Source: Symbiobacteriaceae bacterium
GTDB lineage: Bacteria > Bacillota > Sulfobacillia > Symbiobacteriales > Symbiobacteriaceae
Direction: 5' to 3'
Assembly: GCA_041690255.1 (NCBI GenBank)
Contig: JAWLHU010000008.1
Location: 255,271-319,270 of the forward strand
Length of the DNA: 64,000 nt
Both the position numbers and the translations under genes were made by a program. Shown here in pieces: positions 1 to 7,873 of this stretch; within the stretch, counting starts at the first letter, position 1; every line of letters begins with the position of its first letter. The notes beneath the pieces were generated by a model. The model had not been told where the DNA came from, made no database searches, and saw only the letters and a program-made list of their open reading frames with translations.

Positions 1-1866
1 TCGAACCATCGCTATATCGTTGATTTTCTGGTCGAGGAGGTCCTGCAGCAGACTCCGGCCGAGGTCCAGGAGTTCCTTCTGCAGACAGCGATCCTCGACC
101 GGCTCTCCGCCTCGCTCTGCAACGCCGTCACCGGGCGGAGTGACAGCCAGGCCATGCTGGAGTGGCTGGAGCAGCACAACCTCTTCACTGTCACGCTGGA
201 TGGCGAGCGCCACTGGTATCGCTATCACCATCTCTTTGGCGATGTGCTTCGGCTCCGGCTGGCGAACCTGCACGGGGAGATGCTGCCCGCTCTCTACCTG
301 CGCGCCGCAGACTGGTTCGAGGAGCAGGGCGCCCTGTCCGATGCGGTCAGCGCCGCCCTGGTGGCACGGGAGTACCGCCGTGCGGCGGAGTTGCTGGAGC
401 GGGCTGATGACGACCTGATCATTCGGGGTGAGCACGCCACCTTCCGCCACCTGCTGGAGCAGATCCCGGAGGAGGTCACCGGCGAGCGCCCCCGGCTCTG
501 CGTAGCGGCGGCCCGCACCCTGCTCTCCCTGCATGACAAGGACGGCTCACTCCGCTGGACGGAGCGGGCAGAGGAGGCCACCTTGGCGCCCGACGTGGCG
601 GCCCGGGTCGCAGCCCTCCGCTCCTACTTCGCCCGCTTCCAGAATGACCTCCCGCAGGCTGCGGCCCTGGTAGAGACAGCCCTGGCAGGGATACCGGAGA
701 CCGATCTCTCCTGGCGCTCCTTCGCCACGTTGAACCAGGCGTCGGTCCAGGCCGCCCTGGGTGACCTGATCGGCTCCGAACGGGCCATGAAGGAGACAAT
801 TCGGCTCGCACTGGCGGTGGGCGACCCGCACACCGCTGCAGTGAGCACGTGCGTCCTCGCGGAGATGAGCGAGGTGCGCGGGGAGTTGGACCGGGCCCGG
901 GAGCGGTTCAACGAGGCGCTGACCCTCTCCGGCCCGCTGGGAAGGGCGGCTGGCTGGGCCCGGATTGGCCTGGGTCGGATCCTCTACGAGCAGAACGACC
1001 TGACCGGTGCGGAGCGCGAAGTGACCGCAGGTCTGGCCCTGGCCGAGCGGACTCACCATTTAGATGGTCGTCTGCGCGGCTACATTGTCCTCAACCGGCT
1101 CCGGATCACCCAGGGCGATTTGCCCGAAGCCCGTCGCCTGGCTGACAGGTTGACACCCGTGATCGATTCCGCTGGACTGGTGACGGCCCAGGGACTTCAG
1201 GCGGTGATCCACGCCCGAATTGCAGCCGCTCAGGGCCAGTGGGACGAGGTCGCCCGATGGGCGGAGCAGGCCGGTGCAAACCCGTTGGAGCCCAGCGTCA
1301 TGGCCCGCCTCTTCCAAGCGCAGGGCCGCACCGATGAGGCGCTCGCCATGCTGGACCTACAGGTCTCTGCGCTGAAGGGCCGGGGCGTGGACGGACACCT
1401 CATCTCGATCATCGTGGCGCAGGCCATGACCCGGCTGGCCATCGGCGACGAGGACGGAGCGCTGGCCAACCTGGCGGAGGCGCTGGCCCTGGGCGGGATC
1501 TCGGGCCATGTCCGCACCTTCCTGGACGAGGGCACGCCCATGGCCCACCTGCTCCGCCGGGCGGTGGCGGTGGGGATCCACCGGGATTACGCCCAGCGCC
1601 TGTTGAGCCATATGGCCGCCGCCCCGGCCCAGGCCCCGATCGAGCGCCGAGTTGCGGTCGCCCAGCCCCTGCTGGACCCCCTGACCGACCGGGAGATGGA
1701 GATTCTCGGCTTCCTGGCCGAGGGGCTCTCCAACCAGGAGATCGCGGATCGGGCCTTTCTGGCGGTCGGCACAGTGAAGAGGCATGTCCACAACATTCTC
1801 GGAAAGCTGGATGCGAAGGACCGAGTAGAGGCGCTTACCAAGGCGCACTCACTTGGACTGCTCTGA
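1..1866 (+). CDS. LuxR/MalT-family transcriptional regulator, 5' end outside window
   Basis: Frame 1 is open from base 1 (SNHRYIVDFLVEEVLQQTPAEVQEFLLQTAILDRL, MalT-like). Long helical TPR-like body. C-terminal LuxR HTH LTDREMEILGFLAEGLSNQEIA..GTVKRHVHNILGKL. Track ORF 154..1866 starts only at the first internal Met. Confidence 0.85.
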   Translation, partial: SNHRYIVDFLVEEVLQQTPAEVQEFLLQTAILDRLSASLCNAVTGRSDSQAMLEWLEQHNLFTVTLDGERHWYRYHHLFGDVLRLRLANLHGEMLPALYLRAADWFEEQGALSDAVSAALVAREYRRAAELLERADDDLIIRGEHATFRHLLEQIPEEVTGERPRLCVAAARTLLSLHDKDGSLRWTERAEEATLAPDVAARVAALRSYFARFQNDLPQAAALVETALAGIPETDLSWRSFATLNQASVQAALGDLIGSERAMKETIRLALAVGDPHTAAVSTCVLAEMSEVRGELDRARERFNEALTLSGPLGRAAGWARIGLGRILYEQNDLTGAEREVTAGLALAERTHHLDGRLRGYIVLNRLRITQGDLPEARRLADRLTPVIDSAGLVTAQGLQAVIHARIAAAQGQWDEVARWAEQAGANPLEPSVMARLFQAQGRTDEALAMLDLQVSALKGRGVDGHLISIIVAQAMTRLAIGDEDGALANLAEALALGGISGHVRTFLDEGTPMAHLLRRAVAVGIHRDYAQRLLSHMAAAPAQAPIERRVAVAQPLLDPLTDREMEILGFLAEGLSNQEIADRAFLAVGTVKRHVHNILGKLDAKDRVEALTKAHSLGLL

Positions 1867-1874
1867 CCCAAGCG

Positions 1875-1907
1875 AGAACCCCCTGGCGACGACCGCCGGG
1901 GGGTTCT
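1875..1907. terminator. Hairpin between convergent genes (possible bidirectional terminator)
   Basis: AGAACCCCC (1875-1883) pairs with GGGGGTTCT (1899-1907). The U-tract is weak. Confidence 0.45.
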
Positions 1908-1909
1908 GT

Positions 1910-2713
1910 TCACGCTTTAACCACTGCCATGGTGGTGTAGACAACCCGGAAGCCCATTCGCTCCAGGTTGCGTTGGGAGGGGGAGCCCGGGCCGGTCTCG
2001 ACCATCATGAGATCACAGCCGGCTTCCGCCGCGTGCAGGAGCCGAGTCTGAAGGAGGGCCGTCTGTGCGCCGCGTCCGCGGTAGGCCGGGCGTATACTGG
2101 TCGTGGAGAGGTAGGCCAGGCCGCTCCGAATGGCCATGGCACCGCCGCCGATCACCTCATCGCCAAGGCGTGCCAGGTAACAGGTCACGGCGGGTACATA
2201 GGCCATCGGTTCAGAAATATAGGTATCCTCGAGGCTGATCTCATCCCGGCCGGCAAAGCCGCGGGTGACCGTCTCCATCCAGAGGCGGCGCTCGTTTGAC
2301 GTCGCTGCCGCAACGCTGACACTCGATACCACCTCACGCACGAAGTCGTCGGCGGTGACCGGCCGGACCAGCATGTTCCGGAAGTGGTCAATCCGGTAGC
2401 CCCGCTGCCCGACCAGATCGAGGAGCGTCCTGTCTGCGAGCGGGCAGAGTTCCAGCTTGGGTCGCATTCCCCGCTCCAGGAAGAACGCTTCCACCGCATC
2501 CAGCTCGTCAGCCGTTACCGGCTCCTGCATACCCAGGCCCCCAGCCTTGGAGATGGGTGAGGTGGCGCCGACAAAGACAGCGTTACCCCCGGCGATTGGC
2601 ATCACGTCTGAGCTGCCGGGGCGGAGCTTCGCCTGCGCCCGAGCATACTCCAGAGCAGCGGTTGCCTTGTGCAGTTCGAGCCGGCGGGCCAGGGCGGTAT
2701 CGGCAAAGAGCAT
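1910..2713 (-). CDS. GNAT-family N-acetyltransferase
   Basis: 267-aa ORF. Acetyl-CoA-binding block RPAYRGRGAQTALLQTRLLHAAEAGCDL and a C-terminal GFRVVY-type strand. Confidence 0.8.
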   Translation of the reverse strand: MLFADTALARRLELHKATAALEYARAQAKLRPGSSDVMPIAGGNAVFVGATSPISKAGGLGMQEPVTADELDAVEAFFLERGMRPKLELCPLADRTLLDLVGQRGYRIDHFRNMLVRPVTADDFVREVVSSVSVAAATSNERRLWMETVTRGFAGRDEISLEDTYISEPMAYVPAVTCYLARLGDEVIGGGAMAIRSGLAYLSTTSIRPAYRGRGAQTALLQTRLLHAAEAGCDLMMVETGPGSPSQRNLERMGFRVVYTTMAVVKA

Positions 2714-2895
2714 AGCGAGTTCGTCCTCCTCCTATCTGTACCGCTTGCTATGACGTTCAGATCGATCAAAAAGTTCCGTCGAAGGGGCGCTCCGAAAAAA
2801 CTTGATGACTAGTGAAGGGATGGCTGGTTGGGGGGCGTCTGACCCAGTGTAGCGATCAACTTTGGCGAATCCACGCAAAGGAAGTGCGAACTCAT

Positions 2896-3540
2896 ATGGA
2901 TACCAAGAACCTCTTTGAGAAGGGAACGATTTGGGGGCTCCTGCTGGTGGCCGGTGGTGCCCTGCTCCTCCTGCAGACCCTGGGCATCTTTCACGGCGCC
3001 GGGACCCTGACGGTTGGCCTCGGCTTCCTCCTGGGCGGTGCGGCTTTTACCGCCGTCTACGTCCGCAACCGCAACAGTTGGTGGGCGCTCTTCCCGGCCT
3101 TCGGCATGGGCTTCATCGGCCTCGCCATCATCGGCGACCTCGTCCTGCCCCGCCTTGATCTGGGCGGCCTCGTCTTCCTCGGCGGCCTCGGCCTGGTCTT
3201 CGCTCTGATCTACGCCGGCAACCGGCAGCACTTCTGGCCGATCATCCCCGCGGGCAGCCTCTTCACCCTGGCCCTGATCTCCGGTGTGAATGACCTTCTC
3301 CCCTTCCGGTTCGATGATGGCTGGATCTTCTTCACCGGCCTGGCTCTCACCTTCGGCTTCGTCTGGTACGAGTCCCGGCAGCGGGCCCAGTGGGCGCTCG
3401 TGGTGGCCCTCATTCTGGGCGGCCTGGCCTTCCTGACGATCGCCGGCTCCCTGATCCGTTACCTCTTCCCGGTCGCCCTGGTCCTGGTGGGCGTTTACAT
3501 GCTGACCCGGCCGCAGCGCAACTCCGGCGGCCCGCAATAA
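2896..3540 (+). CDS. Multi-pass membrane protein with LiaI/LiaF-like TM repeats
   Basis: ATG 2896 follows AAGGAAG. The product is almost entirely hydrophobic helices (GLLLVAGGALLLLQTLGIF, FLLGGAAFTAVYV ...). Start refined from track ORF 2812. Confidence 0.6.
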   Translation: MDTKNLFEKGTIWGLLLVAGGALLLLQTLGIFHGAGTLTVGLGFLLGGAAFTAVYVRNRNSWWALFPAFGMGFIGLAIIGDLVLPRLDLGGLVFLGGLGLVFALIYAGNRQHFWPIIPAGSLFTLALISGVNDLLPFRFDDGWIFFTGLALTFGFVWYESRQRAQWALVVALILGGLAFLTIAGSLIRYLFPVALVLVGVYMLTRPQRNSGGPQ

Positions 3541-3556
3541 GGAGGATCATTCCGTT

Positions 3557-4501
3557 ATGCAACCCGATATGCAGACCCCCATGCAGCCTCCGGTCCCGCC
3601 CGCTCCGCCTCGCCGGCGGTCTGTCGTCGGCCCCGTGATCCTGATCATCCTCGGTCTGGCCTTCCTGGCGCAGAACCTGGGTCTCTTTGATTGGAACATC
3701 TGGGGTGTTCTCTGGCGCCTCTGGCCCGTCTGGCTGATCGCGGTCGGCCTGGATCTCCTGATCGGCCGGCGAACCAACTGGGGCTCCTGGGTCGTCGTTG
3801 GCCTGGTCCTCATCGTGATCGGTGGTGCACTCTGGTTTGACTTCCCGACTATGGGCGGAGCCTTCGCAACAGGTGAGCCGGTCACGATCAGCGAGCCGGC
3901 TCGCGACCTGAAGCAGGCCGATATCACCATCGACTCCTCGATCGCCCGCCTGGAAGTAACCGCCGGGAAGTCCGACCTCATGGTTGAGGGGCTCGTGACC
4001 CCGCTGCGGAACGAGCGGATCCAGAAGGACGCCCGCAACAGTGGTGATACCTTCGTCTTCACCCTGAAGAGTCATACCGACAGCCTCATGCCGGTCAACC
4101 TGCAGGGGAACGCTCCGACCTGGGATCTGCAGCTCTCCGATCAGGTGCCCATGCGGCTCAGCGTCGATACCGGTGTGGGCGAGACCAATCTGGACCTGAC
4201 CGGTCTTCAGTTGACCTCGCTGAAGGTGAATGCCGGTGTGGGCGAAACCGATATCACCCTGCCCGCTACCGGCCAGTTCAAGGTCGAGATCGATGCCGGC
4301 GTCGGTGAGGTGATGGTTCGCATCCCGAAGGGGATGGCCGCCCGCATTCGGGCCGACCAGGGCATCGGTCAGGTCCGGGTCCGCGGCGACTTCGATCGCA
4401 GTGGTAACGAGTACCTCTCCCCCGGTTACAGCGGGGCGGCGAATCGGGTCGAGATCGAGATCGATGGCGGTGTCGGCGAGATCCATATAGAAGAGATCTA
4501 G
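3557..4501 (+). CDS. LiaF-like protein (N-terminal LiaF-type TM segment + toastrack/DUF2154-like beta domain)
   Basis: N-terminus VILIILGLAFLAQNLGLFDWNIWGVLWRLWPVWLIAVGLDLLIGRR. C-terminal repeats VDTGVGETNLDL / VNAGVGETDITL / IDAGVGEVMVRI / IDGGVGEIHIE. Confidence 0.7.
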   Translation: MQPDMQTPMQPPVPPAPPRRRSVVGPVILIILGLAFLAQNLGLFDWNIWGVLWRLWPVWLIAVGLDLLIGRRTNWGSWVVVGLVLIVIGGALWFDFPTMGGAFATGEPVTISEPARDLKQADITIDSSIARLEVTAGKSDLMVEGLVTPLRNERIQKDARNSGDTFVFTLKSHTDSLMPVNLQGNAPTWDLQLSDQVPMRLSVDTGVGETNLDLTGLQLTSLKVNAGVGETDITLPATGQFKVEIDAGVGEVMVRIPKGMAARIRADQGIGQVRVRGDFDRSGNEYLSPGYSGAANRVEIEIDGGVGEIHIEEI

Positions 4502-4627
4502 TCTGGACGCACCAGGGCGGCCCCGCCAGTGATGGCTGGGCCGCCCGGCGGTCGCCTTCTCTGGAATTCGCCCTCTTGCTGACCGGGAAAATATCATTCG
4601 AATTGCAACTACACGGCTTCGGAATGC

Positions 4628-4657
4628 TTGACAGCATCACAAAGGGCATGCTATTCT
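4628..4657 (+). promoter_or_regulatory. Sigma-A-type promoter (TTGACA-18-TGcTATTCT, extended -10)
   Basis: TTGACA at 4628-4633, TG at 4649-4650, TATTCT at 4652-4657. Sits about 45 nt upstream of the leader ORF. Confidence 0.55.
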
Positions 4658-4700
4658 TGGGAAGAGCTTTGGCGAAAATACCATTCAAGGAGGTGTCGGG

Positions 4701-4769
4701 ATGTTGATCTTCACTAACCTAGGCCTGAACAACAACATCTATCGGCACGCCCTCCTTCGGTTCGCCTGA
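4701..4769 (+). CDS. 22-codon leader/micro-ORF MLIFTNLGLNNNIYRHALLRFA
   Basis: AAGGAGG at 4688-4694, ATG at 4701, TGA at 4767-4769. Contains AAC-AAC-AAC. Too short for the ORF track. Confidence 0.4.
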   Translation: MLIFTNLGLNNNIYRHALLRFA

Positions 4770-4802
4770 GTTTTACCTCATTGCCAGGCCAACCGCAGGG
4801 CG
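4748..4802 (+). promoter_or_regulatory. Candidate antiterminator helix of a ribosome-mediated attenuator
   Basis: 4748-4753 CGCCCT pairs with 4797-4802 AGGGCG. 4758-4767 CGGTTCGCCT pairs with 4786-4795 AGGCCAACCG (9/10). The helix overlaps the 5' arm of the terminator at 4793-4800. Confidence 0.4.
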
Positions 4803-4824
4803 CTGCCCTGCGGTTTTTGTTTTG
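4793..4824 (+). terminator. Intrinsic terminator upstream of the CD3324-like gene
   Basis: CCGCAGGG (4793-4800), loop CGCTG, CCCTGCGG (4806-4813), then TTTTTGTTTTG. Confidence 0.7.
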
Positions 4825-4852
4825 CTTCGCAAGACAAAGGAGGTCTGGCCCT

Positions 4853-5140
4853 GTGGCTCGCTATAAGAACGCCTCAGAGATTCTTCCGCCGTTTCTGCTC
4901 ACCCTCGTGCAGCGCTATGCAGCAGGTGAGCAACTCTATATCCCCCGCCCGGATGACCGGCTACCCTGGGGCGCCCGCAGCGGGGCAAGGGCTGACCTGG
5001 CCCGGCGCAACGAAGCGATTCGTCAGCGCTGGCATGAGGGAGCACCGATCGACCAACTCATGCAGGAGTTCCATCTTGGCTACGATTCCATCCGGAAGAT
5101 CGTCCATGGAAAGAACGGTTCCACCCGTTCAGGGGGCTGA
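4853..5140 (+). CDS. CD3324-family small DNA-binding (HTH) protein
   Basis: GTG 4853 lies 9 nt after AAGGAGG. ARYKNASEILPPFLLTLVQRYAAGEQLYIPRP..WGARSG...RNEAIRQRW.EGAPIDQLMQEFHLGYDSIRKIV fits the Firmicute CD3324-type pattern. Start refined from track ORF 4781. Confidence 0.7.
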   Translation: MARYKNASEILPPFLLTLVQRYAAGEQLYIPRPDDRLPWGARSGARADLARRNEAIRQRWHEGAPIDQLMQEFHLGYDSIRKIVHGKNGSTRSGG

Positions 5141-5213
5141 TCGCTACTCCACTCCGCTGCTAAGATGAAGGTGCGGTTGGCCAACCCGCAAATACTCCAA
5201 AGGTAAGGGGGTG

Positions 5214-5258
5214 ATGCCCGTGGTCAAGTCCACGGACGTCATCTCCGACGAGCGCTAG
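5214..5258 (+). CDS. 14-codon micro-ORF MPVVKSTDVISDER (speculative)
   Basis: AAGGTAAGGGGG precedes ATG 5214; TAG at 5256-5258. A strong terminator follows about 25 nt downstream. Confidence 0.2.
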   Translation: MPVVKSTDVISDER

Positions 5259-5281
5259 CTCAACGGGGATGACCACACCAG

Positions 5282-5318
5282 AAAGGCAGGCGGATAACGC
5301 CTGCCTTTTCTTGTTTCT
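5282..5318 (+). terminator. Strong intrinsic terminator
   Basis: AAAGGCAGGCG (5282-5292), loop GATAA, CGCCTGCCTTT (5298-5308), then TCTTGTTTCTT. Confidence 0.7.
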
Positions 5319-5353
5319 TCACAGACTAATCCGTGAAGGGGGCTCGGAACGCC

Positions 5354-6823
5354 TTGAGTAAGCGAAAGTGGATCCTCCTGAGCCTCGTGATTGCCTGGTG
5401 CCTGTGGGCTTGGGGTTGGTTCTTCCCGCCGCGCCCCCAAGTTGGTCCGTTGGCCACGGCGGCTGTTGACCTGTTCGATTCGGTCCTGATCGTGGCGCCT
5501 CACAGTGACGATGAAGGCCTGGCCAGCGCCGGGCTGATTCAGCAGGTCATAGCCTCCGGGGGTGAGGTTCGGGTCGTTCTGGTTACAGGCGGCGAGGCTT
5601 TTACGATATCGGCTCAGCGATACTACGGGCGGTTGAAGCTCGGGCCGCACGATATGCTGGCCTATGGTGAGACCAGGTTACGAGAGAGCCGCAACGCCCT
5701 TCATACGCTAGGGGTCCCGCAGGAACAACTCACCTTCCTGGGCTACCCGGACAAGGAAACTGCCCGACTCTGGTTCACCTGCTGGCAGGAGGGGAGTCCT
5801 TGCCGGGGTACGAACACGTTGGTGGACCAGGTCGCCTATGACGAGGCCCGCACCACCGGATCCCCCTTCTCCGGTGAAGCACTGCTCCGAGAGCTTCGGT
5901 CCATCCTGACAGAGACCCGCCCGTCGATGGTGGTGTATCCGCATCCGAACGATGCCCATCAGGATCACTGGGCTGTCTCGAACTTCGTCGTCGCCGCACT
6001 GGAGGACCTCCGTCGCGCTGAGGAGGACTGGGTCTCCCCCCGTGAGTGGCTCTATGTGGTCCATCGCGGGAATTGGCCCTCCCCGAAAGGCTATCGGCCC
6101 TTCGATGTGTTGCTGCCACCTGAGAAACTGGCCCGGGAGGCCATGACTACCTGGCACGAGCTGCCGCTGACGCCGGAGCAAGTTGAGCGTAAGGCCGAGG
6201 CTATTAACGAGTACCGTACACAGACCAGTATCATGAGGCGGTACATGCACAGCTTTATCCGCACGAATGAACTCTACGGCATCATGGAGCGAGTGGAGCT
6301 TTGGCCCGTGCCGAACTGGGAGCCTCTCACCCTCGATACCGACAACGCCAGTACCCTCGAGACCGGTGCCCCTCCCTGGTCCGGCTCCGCCTGGCAGTTG
6401 GTGATTGCTGATCCCGAGGGGGACACTGTGGCACGGGAGGTCCAACGGCGGGCCGACCTCGTACGTGTCTGGGCCGCTAACAACGGCGAGAAGCTGACCC
6501 TGGCGATCCGGACCTCGACACCGGCAACGGTCCCGGTTCAGTTTCAAGTCCGCGGCCGCAGCCGAGCAGCAGACGGGGCCTGGGAGAACGCCTTCGCCGT
6601 AGTGGTATACCCCGGAGGTAGGTACAAGGTTCTGCATGAGCCCGAGAGTGGCGGCTTGCAGGACAATGTGGTCGCAGAGTCCGCCGGTAACTGGGTGAGA
6701 CTGGAGCTCCCGCTGAGTGCTCTGCAGAACCCGGTCTCCACTATGATCAACGTGGAGACCCGACTGGAGAACACCTTGATCGATCGGACGGCCTGGCGCC
6801 TGATTTCCCTGGACGGGAGATGA
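5354..6823 (+). CDS. PIG-L/LmbE-family deacetylase with N-terminal TM anchor and long C-terminal beta-rich extension
   Basis: VAPHSDDEGLASAGLI and VVYPHPNDAHQDHWAVSNFV (LmbE motifs). Probable TTG start at 5354, 11 nt after GAAGGGGG (track start 5333 has no SD). Signal-anchor SKRKWILLSLVIAWCLWAW. Confidence 0.8.
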   Translation: MSKRKWILLSLVIAWCLWAWGWFFPPRPQVGPLATAAVDLFDSVLIVAPHSDDEGLASAGLIQQVIASGGEVRVVLVTGGEAFTISAQRYYGRLKLGPHDMLAYGETRLRESRNALHTLGVPQEQLTFLGYPDKETARLWFTCWQEGSPCRGTNTLVDQVAYDEARTTGSPFSGEALLRELRSILTETRPSMVVYPHPNDAHQDHWAVSNFVVAALEDLRRAEEDWVSPREWLYVVHRGNWPSPKGYRPFDVLLPPEKLAREAMTTWHELPLTPEQVERKAEAINEYRTQTSIMRRYMHSFIRTNELYGIMERVELWPVPNWEPLTLDTDNASTLETGAPPWSGSAWQLVIADPEGDTVAREVQRRADLVRVWAANNGEKLTLAIRTSTPATVPVQFQVRGRSRAADGAWENAFAVVVYPGGRYKVLHEPESGGLQDNVVAESAGNWVRLELPLSALQNPVSTMINVETRLENTLIDRTAWRLISLDGR

Positions 6824-7467
6824 CAGCCCTGGAGTATACCTTTCGGAATGCGGCCCCTGGAGACATGGAGGGAGTCGCGCGTCTCTTTATGCAGGCCTTT
6901 CCCGAGTCGCTTCGGCACTACTTTCGCCAGCAGCCCGCCCCGTCCGTTGTGGCGGAGCCCTTTCGACTCTGCCTGGCGGCTGAACCACAGGGCTTCTTCG
7001 TGGCAGAAGCCCCAAACGGCGAGATTGCAGGGTACCTCTTTGCGCCAACCCGGACCAGCCGAATCGCCCGGACTGCCCTGAGTCGGGGCTTTCTCCTGCG
7101 TTGGTTTTGGCGTTGGATCTCGGGGCAATACGGCATTGGCCTGGTTCCGGTGAAGGGTCTGATCACGAATAAGCTGGACTTCCTGGCGAGCGCCCGGGCA
7201 CCGAAGGTGCAGGCCGAGGCGCGCATTCTCTCCCTCGCCGTTCATCCGGCCCACCAGGGTAAGGGCCTTGCCTCCCATCTGTGCCGGCGGGGGCTGGAGC
7301 GCTTTGATCGACTGGGGGCCACGCCGGTTCGCCTGGAGGTCCGGCCTGAGAACGCATCGGCCATGGCGCTTTACACCAAGCTTGGGTTCCAGCCTGTCGG
7401 TTCCACCCAGGACGGGCAAGGCGAATGGCGGATCATGCTGCGTCACTCTCCTATGCAACGACTGTAA
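6820..7467 (+). CDS. GNAT-family N-acetyltransferase
   Basis: ATGA overlap with the upstream stop. LSLAVHPAHQGKGLASHLCRRGLERF ... ENASAMALYTKLGFQPVG. Confidence 0.8.
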   Translation: MTALEYTFRNAAPGDMEGVARLFMQAFPESLRHYFRQQPAPSVVAEPFRLCLAAEPQGFFVAEAPNGEIAGYLFAPTRTSRIARTALSRGFLLRWFWRWISGQYGIGLVPVKGLITNKLDFLASARAPKVQAEARILSLAVHPAHQGKGLASHLCRRGLERFDRLGATPVRLEVRPENASAMALYTKLGFQPVGSTQDGQGEWRIMLRHSPMQRL

Positions 7468-7590
7468 CGGCAGCCCTACAGTCGCATACGCTAAGAGCAC
7501 ATAGTCCGAACATTTAGTTAAACATCTTGGCTTTCCCGCCATTTCCTAGTATTATACCAGTACAGGGTTGCTGATCTGGGGGCGAGAGCG

Positions 7591-7767
7591 ATGGCGAGAC
7601 GGTCGGTTCCCTTGATTGCCGAGGAGAGCGTAATCTGCCCGGATTGCATGCTCCCCTTCAAGCGGCTCATAGGTTCACGGCGAATGCTCTGCCGGGACTG
7701 TGCCGGGAGTGCCCCTGCTTCAGAGGGGGATAGCCGCCCTGAATCAAAACCGAGGGCGGGACATTGA
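7591..7767 (+). CDS. Small zinc-ribbon protein (58 aa, hypothetical)
   Basis: MARRSVPLIAEESVICPDCMLPFKRLIGSRRMLCRDCAGSAP... has two CxxC pairs. Own hairpin terminator immediately downstream. Below the ORF-track length cut-off. Confidence 0.35.
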   Translation: MARRSVPLIAEESVICPDCMLPFKRLIGSRRMLCRDCAGSAPASEGDSRPESKPRAGH

Positions 7768-7804
7768 CGAACCTCATGCCCGGGAAGGCGTGAGGTTCGT
7801 TTTC
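7768..7804 (+). terminator. Intrinsic terminator
   Basis: CGAACCTCATGCC (7768-7780) pairs with GGCGTGAGGTTCG (7787-7799), followed by TTTT. Confidence 0.6.
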
Positions 7805-7820
7805 CGTGTTGGCGGCGCTC

Positions 7821-7850
7821 GCATATACGCTCAACAGCGTGCAGAGACTA
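7821..7850 (+). promoter_or_regulatory. Possible forespore (sigma-G/F-like) promoter for spoVA
   Basis: GCATA (7821-7825), 18 nt, GAGACTA (7844-7850). Only a partial match to GHATR-N17/18-CATNNTA. spoVA is sigma-G dependent in Bacillus (established knowledge). Confidence 0.2.
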
Positions 7851-7873
7851 CTGGTCCGGAGGTGTCTCTTCGC

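Noticed and set aside
3410-4597. 395-aa minus-strand ORF
   Set aside because: It is antisense to the LiaF-like gene. The product is Asp/Gly/Arg-rich with no motifs.
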